This document shows, piece by piece, positions 1 to 6,157 of a stretch of 11,834 nt of DNA; position 1 is the first letter of the stretch; each line of letters begins with the position of its first letter. The DNA is from an uncultured bacterium (GTDB taxonomy: Bacteria; Abyssobacteria; SURF-5). The notes beneath the pieces are model-generated. The model was not told the DNA's origin. It saw only the letters and a list, made by a program, of their open reading frames with translations, and did no database searches. The DNA is taken from the NCBI GenBank assembly GCA_964510165.1, contig CAZEBC010000001.1, positions 17,373 to 29,206 of the forward strand, given 5' to 3'. The position numbers were made by a program, and so were the translations under genes.

Positions 1-457
1 ACAGGTCAATGGTCATTATGTCCACGGGATGGCCGTAGTACTCGACGGTTTCGAGGTGTTTCCAGCCGAGGCGGGCGTAAAGGGACGCCCGGTCAGGTGT
101 GTACAGGTATATGGTCTTGTAGCCGAGGCGGGCGGCCTCGGCCATGACGTGTCGTATGAGCGCAGAGCCGATGCCCTTGTTTCTGTGTTCGGGCGCCACA
201 AGAACGGAGGCGAGCCAGGGAGAAAGCTCCATTCGAGTGTCCATATCGTGCGGCAAAAGGCTCGCTGAGCCGAGCAGTGTGGTTCCTGAGACCGCAACGA
301 ATGTTTTCGGTATTCCGTCAGTTTCGAATTCTTCCTCGAACTCTGCGATTCTGCGCTCGACGGAGTCATTGTGATGCAGATAGGCCCATTCGGCGTGATG
401 CCACGCGGCGATTGCGGGGATGAATTCGGGATGCTGTTTCAGGCTAACTATTTTCAT
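1..457 (-). CDS. GNAT family N-acetyltransferase (stop codon at or just beyond the left edge)
   Basis: Not in the ORF track. Manual translation from the ATG at 457 (GAGGA RBS at 464-468) gives 152 open codons: MKIVSLKQHPEFIPAIAAWHHAEW...SPWLASVLVAPEHRNKGIGSALIRHVMAEAARLGYKTIYLYTPDRASLYARLGW...IMTIDL. It has acetyl-CoA-binding motif A (V.PEHRNKGIG) and motif B (LYARLGW). Confidence 0.92.
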   Translation of the reverse strand, partial: MKIVSLKQHPEFIPAIAAWHHAEWAYLHHNDSVERRIAEFEEEFETDGIPKTFVAVSGTTLLGSASLLPHDMDTRMELSPWLASVLVAPEHRNKGIGSALIRHVMAEAARLGYKTIYLYTPDRASLYARLGWKHLETVEYYGHPVDIMTIDL

Positions 458-493
458 TTGTATTCCTCGCGTTGAAGTTGCGCCGTGCTTTTC

Positions 494-598
494 CCCTCAC
501 CCCAACCCTCTCCCGGCGGGAGAGGGCTTTTGGGATCGCCTGTCCATAATTTGGGAACGCCCCCAACCCACTCCCACTGGGAGAGGGCAAGGTGAGGG
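494..598. repeat. Intergenic palindromic repeat (CCCTCACCCCAACCCTCTCCC-N3-GGGAGAGGG type); two hairpin units inside outer inverted repeats
   Basis: Hairpin 1: CCCTCTCCC(506-514)-GGC-GGGAGAGGG(518-526). Hairpin 2: CCCACTCCC(567-575)-ACT-GGGAGAGGG(579-587). Outer arms 494-514 and 579-598 are imperfect inverted repeats. Resembles a dispersed REP-like repeat common in GC-rich bacteria. Confidence 0.8.
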
Positions 599-618
599 AC
601 TTTCGCGCTGCGATCCTT

Positions 619-2466
619 TCAATCGAATATCGTGTCGCATTCCACCAGGGCGACGGGTATTTTGAGCGCGCGTTCGATGTCGAGATAAGGCCGGCCCGTG
701 AGGTCTCTGCCCCATCCGCTGATGCGAAACGGCGAGGAGGGAACGAGGATCAGGTCGGGCCGAATCTTTCGTTGTTTGACGAAGCCTTGGGCGGCGCTAA
801 TGAAGTCTTCGACGACTATGAGGTCGCCCATGAATATGTTGCCGCCGAAGAATTCGTTCCGGGGCACGCAGAAGTGCAGGCGTACGCCGGAAGGCATTCC
901 ATTCTCGGCTACGAGTTTCTCCAGGGTCGGCCGGACAAGCGTGGAGGTCATCAGCAGCGCATCTTTGGCGTGATGGGCTGCGATGACGTCGCGAACTCGC
1001 TCCGCCCATTCGCGGGGAATGCCGGAAGAGGCGAAAACGACGCCGAGGTGCGTGGCCGTTTCGGGGGTATACGGGTAATCGAATTGTGAGCGGTCAAGCT
1101 TCAGTTCCTTCACGATTCCGTCGCGCTCGATTGAAAGCGAGCATGTGTTAAGGTCGCTGTGGCGCAGGGCATTCAGCAAGGCTCTCGCCTGGGGACGGCT
1201 CTTGACAGGCAGCCCATTGATTTTCTTTATGCGGTCGCCCTGGCGGAGGCCCGCTTTCGCGGCGGGCGAGCTCTTGACCGCGCCGAGCACAAGGGGGTCG
1301 TTGCACAAGCCGGGGGTTTCGTATTCCTCGAACAGGCCGGGCCGCATCAAGAGCGGGCAATCAATCCGCTCGCGAATGTGTTGGCATGCGCGCTCGAGCC
1401 GATTCCAGACCTCCTCGGCAGAAAACCATGTGTCCTCTGGCATCGCTCGCGTATATCCCGGCAGGCTGACCTGGATAAGGACGGGGTCGAAGCCCGCCGC
1501 GAAGGCGGCGGTGCTCTCGAGGTCGTCCAGCATCTCCTTCTGTGAGGGAAACGGCCACGGCACGATGACGACGGTGAACGGGATTTTTTCCTCTCGAAGA
1601 AGTGAGAGGGAGTTGATGGCGGTCATGGGAGACGGGTCATTCATGAGCCAGGTTCGCCGCTCCGGTGATGCCGAATTGAGGGACACGTCCACATAAACGG
1701 GCTTAAGCCGGGCCAGTGCGCGGACCATATCGGGGGTGAGCGCGGCGCCGTTGGTCGATATGCGAATTACCTCGCGGGTCTTTTCTCGCAAAGCCGTGAG
1801 TATGTTGAGGATATGGGGATGCGCCAGCATCTCGCCCGGACTGCCCGCGGTGGGGAAGAGATTCAGCTTTCCTTGAGGGACGTAATGCTCGATGCGAGTC
1901 CGTATCTCTTCGAATTCGAGGTGGGGCGAACGTGGAGTGTGTTTCAACGTGGCTGGCGCTCCGCCATTGTAGCAGAAGCGGCAACTCAGATTGCAGCGGC
2001 TGGCCGCGTGGGCCAATATGTCCTCCGCCCCGCCGCCGGGCGCGAGCCACTGGTTGGGGTTACGGAGTCTGAAGCCGTCGATGCGGACCGGTTGCCCATC
2101 GGCCTCGAGTTCGACGAGGCAGAAGAGCGATTCGAGGAGCCGCCGGATGTAGCTTATTCGTGGCTCGTACAGGTCCAGGGTGTCGGGGTAGTCCCGCAAT
2201 TGTTGCGATGTCCCTATGTGCGCGCTCGGGTGGCCATCACGCCGGGGCGTGACCCCTACGACAGGGGTTGTATCGGACCGGAGAGAGTGTATGGTTTGTC
2301 GGTCGCTCAGCAGTTTGTATCCATCGGCGTGGAGTTCGCGGCCATCCTGCGTTGGAACGAGCAGGTCGAGAAGCGCTTCAAGGTGTAGGCGGAGAAGCTG
2401 GTCGGGGCTGTGCGCCTGGCATGCTTCAGTCCCGCGCAATGGAAATCTTAGCGTGTTCTCGTTCAC
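619..2466 (-). CDS. Radical SAM protein with internal PDZ domain and C-terminal DUF512-like (putative cobalamin-binding) domain
   Basis: GTG start with GAGGAG RBS (2471-2476). CxxxCxxC motif CNLSCRFC (C158/C162/C165, nt 1972-1995), followed by SPGEMLAHP, ISTNG and VSLNS radical SAM core motifs. PDZ signature SPAAKAGLRQGDRIKKING. C-terminal NEFFGGNIFMGDL and RDLTG motifs typical of DUF512/TIGR03279-like proteins. Confidence 0.88.
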   Translation of the reverse strand: MNENTLRFPLRGTEACQAHSPDQLLRLHLEALLDLLVPTQDGRELHADGYKLLSDRQTIHSLRSDTTPVVGVTPRRDGHPSAHIGTSQQLRDYPDTLDLYEPRISYIRRLLESLFCLVELEADGQPVRIDGFRLRNPNQWLAPGGGAEDILAHAASRCNLSCRFCYNGGAPATLKHTPRSPHLEFEEIRTRIEHYVPQGKLNLFPTAGSPGEMLAHPHILNILTALREKTREVIRISTNGAALTPDMVRALARLKPVYVDVSLNSASPERRTWLMNDPSPMTAINSLSLLREEKIPFTVVIVPWPFPSQKEMLDDLESTAAFAAGFDPVLIQVSLPGYTRAMPEDTWFSAEEVWNRLERACQHIRERIDCPLLMRPGLFEEYETPGLCNDPLVLGAVKSSPAAKAGLRQGDRIKKINGLPVKSRPQARALLNALRHSDLNTCSLSIERDGIVKELKLDRSQFDYPYTPETATHLGVVFASSGIPREWAERVRDVIAAHHAKDALLMTSTLVRPTLEKLVAENGMPSGVRLHFCVPRNEFFGGNIFMGDLIVVEDFISAAQGFVKQRKIRPDLILVPSSPFRISGWGRDLTGRPYLDIERALKIPVALVECDTIFD

Positions 2467-2489
2467 ATCTCTCCTCAGACGAACGAAGC

Positions 2490-2610
2490 GGGTGCATCAT
2501 GTTGCGCTTCCCATAGGGCGCACGGCGTGCGCCCCTACGGAATCGAATGTTGTATGCGACAAGTGCGATCCTGACGAGCCGCTGAGGGCAAACACAAGAT
2601 TCACCCCTAC
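2490..2610 (-). repeat. Cluster of GTAG-type REP palindromes
   Basis: On the minus strand: GTAG-GGGCGCAC-GCC-GTGCGCCC (2516-2538, perfect 8-bp stem), GTAG-GGGTGAAT-CTTGT-GTTTGCCC (2586-2610, degenerate), and a decayed copy at 2490-2514. Confidence 0.8.
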
Positions 2611-2636
2611 GGCCGACCGTACACATGCCGCTTTCG

Positions 2637-4385
2637 TCAGACGAAGGAGGCGGGCTTGTACTCGCCGAACACGCCGCGGAGCACGTCGCAGACCTCCTGC
2701 ACGGTCACATAGGCCTTGGCGCACTCGATCAGATGCTGAACCAGGTTTTCATTGTCGTTGCGGGCTTTCCTGTCGAGTTCCGCGAGGAGGCGTTTCACCA
2801 GTTCTTTATCGCGTGTGCGCTTGACTTCTTTGAGTGCGGCTATCTGCTCGGCCTCGGCCCGCTCGCGCTTGTCGGGGTCGTATGGGTGCGGCACGAGGCG
2901 CGTGGTTTCGACTTCCAACTCATCGTCGCCTGTGAAGCAGTTGACGCCGACCACAAGCGCTTCGCCCGCGTTCACGGCGCGCTGCCGGTCATAGGCACTC
3001 GCTGCTATTTGTGATTGCATGTAGCCGTTTTCGATGGCGGCGACCGCGCCGCCCATGTCCTCCACCTTCTTGAGTTCAGCCCAGGCTTCGGCCTCGATCT
3101 CGTCGGTCATGGTTTCCATGCAATAGGAGCCGGCGAAGGGGTCGTTCACGTCGAGGAGTCTGGCCTCGCAGATGAGTATACGGGCTGCGTCGCGCATCAG
3201 TTGTTGGGCCTCGAGGCTCCAGCCCAGGCCGAGCGGCTCATCGTATGGCGGGAAGGGGGCGGCGGTACCGCCGGAGAGCGCTCCCATGACGGCGCCCATC
3301 ACGGCGCGGGTGAGGTTGTTGAGTGGGCGTTGGGCGGTGGTGTCGGAGGGCCCGATATGGGCGGCGATGGGCTGCCGGATGATCATGCTGCGGGGGTCTT
3401 TCGCGCCGAACCGCTGCTTGAGGATTTTGGCGTACATTCGCCGGGCGGCGCGCTGGAACGCGATTTCCTTGAGGAATTCCATGCTTCCCCCGAACGCGTT
3501 GAAGGTGAAGCGGGGAGCGAAGTCGTCCACGTTCAGGCCTGCGTTGACCCCTTCCTGCAGGTATGCGATTGCGATGGCCATGCTGTATGCGAGGTCCTGC
3601 TTGCGCGTGGCGCCGGCTTCCCTGATGTGGTAGCCGCCGATGCTCGTGATGTTCACCTGAGGCATGTTGGCGGTGAGAAACACGAGTGTGTCGCGGAAAA
3701 GGCGCATGGCCTTTTTCGGGGGGAAAATATAAGTTCCGCGCGCGATATATTCCTTGAGGATATCGTTTTGCGGGGTCGCCTTGAGCTTCGCAAGAGGGAT
3801 GCCGCGTTTGTCCGCAAGGGCCGCGTACATCGCGATCAGGTAAATTGCAGGCGCATTGATGGTGAAGTTCGAGGCGATGCGGTCAAGGTTCAGGTCGCCC
3901 TGGTAGGGTTCGTAGATGACTTCGAGGTCGCGAAGCGTGTCGATTGCGACGCCGACCCGGCCGACCTCGCCCTCGACGAGCGGGTTGTCCGAATCGTAGC
4001 CGCACTGTGTGGGCAGGTCCATCGCCAGGTTCGGGCCTTCCTTGCCTCCGCGCTCGATCAGTGCCCTGTAATAATCGCGGGTGTCCTCGGGCTTGCCGTA
4101 ACCAGAGTAGAGAGCGGCGCGGGTGCTCGCGGCGCCAGCGGGGGCCATGGCCGCGAACCTGGACATGCCCGCCATCGGGTCGAAGGGATACGTTCCCGCG
4201 GTGAACGGGTACAGGCCGGGGAACCCGACCTTTCCGAGGAAATCGAAATCCTCATCCAGATCGAGGGGGGTATAGAAGCGGCTCGGGTTTTCGCTCAAGA
4301 GAGGGAATCTCTTGAGGGCCTTGGCCACGATCTCGTTTTCCCATTCCTCCTTTTTCTTGCGAATCTCGTCCCTCTGCTCGGTCAT
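2637..4385 (-). CDS. Acyl-CoA mutase (methylmalonyl-CoA mutase family) large, substrate-binding subunit; no B12-binding domain
   Basis: ATG with GGGAGG RBS (4391-4396). Family motifs GFPGLYPFT, DLPTQCGYDSD, GEVGRVGVAIDT, QNDILKEYIARGTYIFPP, GYHIREAGA, DPFAGSY, MGGAVAAIENGY, VVGVN and VLRGVFGEY. Ends without the DxHxxG Rossmann domain. Confidence 0.93.
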   Translation of the reverse strand: MTEQRDEIRKKKEEWENEIVAKALKRFPLLSENPSRFYTPLDLDEDFDFLGKVGFPGLYPFTAGTYPFDPMAGMSRFAAMAPAGAASTRAALYSGYGKPEDTRDYYRALIERGGKEGPNLAMDLPTQCGYDSDNPLVEGEVGRVGVAIDTLRDLEVIYEPYQGDLNLDRIASNFTINAPAIYLIAMYAALADKRGIPLAKLKATPQNDILKEYIARGTYIFPPKKAMRLFRDTLVFLTANMPQVNITSIGGYHIREAGATRKQDLAYSMAIAIAYLQEGVNAGLNVDDFAPRFTFNAFGGSMEFLKEIAFQRAARRMYAKILKQRFGAKDPRSMIIRQPIAAHIGPSDTTAQRPLNNLTRAVMGAVMGALSGGTAAPFPPYDEPLGLGWSLEAQQLMRDAARILICEARLLDVNDPFAGSYCMETMTDEIEAEAWAELKKVEDMGGAVAAIENGYMQSQIAASAYDRQRAVNAGEALVVGVNCFTGDDELEVETTRLVPHPYDPDKRERAEAEQIAALKEVKRTRDKELVKRLLAELDRKARNDNENLVQHLIECAKAYVTVQEVCDVLRGVFGEYKPASFV

Positions 4386-4534
4386 TGGCGCCTCCCATTC
4401 TTCCGTGTGAATATCGGCGTGAGCCGGTTCGTCGCCCGGTTTGATGCCGTGAACGATCGGGGCGCGGCGTTAACGGCGGGGAACCGGCGCGGATTGTTGC
4501 CTCGTGTTGTGGTCCACATTAGGTCCGTAATCGA

Positions 4535-4563
4535 ATTATATATCGCGGGTTCGAAATTATCAA
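4535..4563 (-). promoter_or_regulatory. Sigma70-type promoter for the mutase/radical SAM arm
   Basis: Minus strand reads TTGATA (4563-4558), 17-nt spacer, TATAAT (4540-4535), in a locally AT-rich patch. Confidence 0.75.
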
Positions 4564-4571
4564 AGGGGGCC

Positions 4572-4598
4572 GAGGGTGAGGGTGAGGGCGAGGGTGAG
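4572..4598 (+). repeat. Short tandem repeat (GAGGGY)x4.5
   Basis: GAGGGT GAGGGT GAGGGC GAGGGT GAG, read directly, between the two divergent -35 boxes. Confidence 0.85.
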
Positions 4599-4625
4599 TC
4601 CTGGCTGCTGGATGCGTGGGTATTC

Positions 4626-4654
4626 TTGACAAATGAGGGTTGCGGTGATAGACT
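4626..4654 (+). promoter_or_regulatory. Sigma70-type promoter for the regulator/hydantoinase arm
   Basis: TTGACA (4626-4631), 17-nt spacer, TAGACT (4649-4654), with an extended -10 TG at 4646-4647. Confidence 0.75.
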
Positions 4655-4661
4655 CTTGTGC

Positions 4662-4686
4662 AACTAGACAGCTATGCTGTCTAGTT
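4662..4686. promoter_or_regulatory. Perfect palindrome, probable repressor operator
   Basis: AACTAGACAGC-TAT-GCTGTCTAGTT (11-bp arms, 3-nt spacer) immediately downstream of the predicted transcription start. Confidence 0.7.
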
Positions 4687-4706
4687 TCAAGGCCGGATGA
4701 TAAGCG

Positions 4707-6065
4707 ATGCCGAAAGAAAAGACAAAGCCAGATGGCCTGAAGATCAGCGAACTGGCGCGTCGGGCGGGCGTTCCCGTCCCCACGATCAAGTACTACCTCA
4801 GCGAGGGACTCCTGCCAAAGCCGGTCAAGACGGGTCGCACGATGAGTTATTATGACCCCGGCTCTGTGGAGAGGCTGCGGATCATAAAGAGATTGCAGTC
4901 CGAGCGGTTCCTGCCGTTGAGCATTATCAAGAAGCTGGTGGAGAGCGGGGTATCTCTTGAGGCCGAACTGGCGCTGGGGGACGCGCTGATGGGCGCTGTG
5001 CCGCCGGGTTCGGGCGCTATCAGCCGGAAGCGGATCGCGAGTCATACGGGCTATCCTCTTTCGAAGATAGATCGCATAGAGGAGGCGGGGCTGTTGCATC
5101 CCGGCGTGTCGGCATCGGGAAAGGAATACGACGCGATTGACTGCCGCATCATCTCGCTGATTCGGCAGCGGGAAGAGGCCGGGCTTCCATTCGAGTACTC
5201 TCTTGAGATGATGTCGGTGTACCTGCGGCATATCGATTTGCTCGTGAAGGATGACCTTGCATTGTTTGTGCGCCGCATGCTGAAGAATTCGAGCGCCGAA
5301 AATGTGGCCCAATACATTCGCGAAGGCGACCGGGCGCTGAGCGCATTCATGCCGCTGATCAAGGCGAAGCTTGTGGTGAGCAACGCGGAGGCTTTTATCG
5401 AGGAGATAAACGGGGCCCCCGGCAGGATATACGAAGGGCTGACTCTTGGTTCAACGTATGGTTCACGGGATTTCGGAAAGAGGGAGGCCGGTCCGGTTCC
5501 GTGGGACTTATTAGTTGAGGCTTTTAAGGGGCGAACATCGCGGAACACTGTGGTTTCGGACTCGGCGTGGTTCAATCTGCTTTGCGGACTCGGCAATCTC
5601 TGTGGCAGGGAACCCGGAGAGGCTCTCGGACATCTCAGACGGAGCATGGAATCGGCGGCAGTGGGCGCCCTGGCTGCCTCATTGGCCGGTCTCGCACATA
5701 TTGGACTGGTAGAAAGGGAGCCGGGTATTCTCGGCCCCATGCGGATGGTGACCGAAGCGCTCGCATGTTTCGATGAATCTCGAAGGAGGGACTTCGATGC
5801 GGAAGTTGCTGCGTTGGTCTCGTATTTCCGGGGTGTCGGACTGTCGGCGCTTCCGCAGGCGTTCGACACCAGGCGAGAAGCCATCGCCGACTTGTCAGGG
5901 GTGGTCGAAGCCGGATCGCCGAGCAGATCGGTTGGTCGGAGGGGAAAGGGGCCGCGAATGCGCCTTCTTGAGAAACTCAGTGAAAAGGCCAGACATTTTC
6001 TTGCTGAAATGAAGGGCAATAGTCGCGGTACGACTCGCGCTTCGTCGGTCACCGAGAGAGGATAG
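4707..6065 (+). CDS. MerR-family transcriptional regulator with two tandem MerR-type HTH domains and a C-terminal TPR-like helical region
   Basis: HTH1: LKISELARRAGVPVPTIKYYLSEGLLPKP...YYDPGSVERLRIIKRLQ...LPLSIIK. HTH2: ISRKRIASHTGYPLSKIDRIEEAGLLHP...YDAIDCRIISLIRQREEAGLP. About 200 further residues with TPR-like G/A periodicity. Confidence 0.88.
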   Translation: MPKEKTKPDGLKISELARRAGVPVPTIKYYLSEGLLPKPVKTGRTMSYYDPGSVERLRIIKRLQSERFLPLSIIKKLVESGVSLEAELALGDALMGAVPPGSGAISRKRIASHTGYPLSKIDRIEEAGLLHPGVSASGKEYDAIDCRIISLIRQREEAGLPFEYSLEMMSVYLRHIDLLVKDDLALFVRRMLKNSSAENVAQYIREGDRALSAFMPLIKAKLVVSNAEAFIEEINGAPGRIYEGLTLGSTYGSRDFGKREAGPVPWDLLVEAFKGRTSRNTVVSDSAWFNLLCGLGNLCGREPGEALGHLRRSMESAAVGALAASLAGLAHIGLVEREPGILGPMRMVTEALACFDESRRRDFDAEVAALVSYFRGVGLSALPQAFDTRREAIADLSGVVEAGSPSRSVGRRGKGPRMRLLEKLSEKARHFLAEMKGNSRGTTRASSVTERG

Positions 6066-6072
6066 AGGGAAC

Positions 6073-6144
6073 ATGAAAGTCAAGATACTTGGCGGGGCGG
6101 GCTGTCTTGCATGCTCCCGATTACGGAACAGTCTCGATAGCTGA
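6073..6144 (+). other. Possible 23-aa CxxC micro-ORF or remnant of a thioredoxin-like gene
   Basis: GAGG at 6065-6068, then ATG, giving MKVKILGGAGCLACSRLRNSLDS*. Resembles the N-terminus of small redox-active disulfide proteins (MKIxIxGxGCxxC). Confidence 0.3.
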
Positions 6145-6157
6145 GTAGGAGAGCAAC

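Noticed and set aside
16-374. ORF-track entries 16..369, 29..268 and 144..374
   Set aside because: Alternative frames over the GNAT gene, which has an RBS and clear family motifs.
420-715. Short ORFs containing PHPNPLPAGEG or PSPCPLPVG
   Set aside because: Translations of the palindromic repeat, not proteins.
2490-2610. CRISPR array
   Set aside because: The repeats are non-identical palindromes with irregular spacing and no cas genes; they fit REPs.
4508-4518. Small dyad TGTGG-T-CCACA near the leftward transcription start
   Set aside because: Only 5-bp arms; it could be an operator but is too short to distinguish from chance.
4386-4530. Cobalamin riboswitch upstream of the B12 mutase
   Set aside because: No recognisable B12-box or conserved GGGAA / GCCACTG elements on the minus strand; an Rfam scan would settle it.
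3015-4667. 550-aa plus-strand ORF
   Set aside because: Antisense shadow of the mutase gene, expected from GC-rich codon bias; no recognisable motifs, and it runs through the promoter region.
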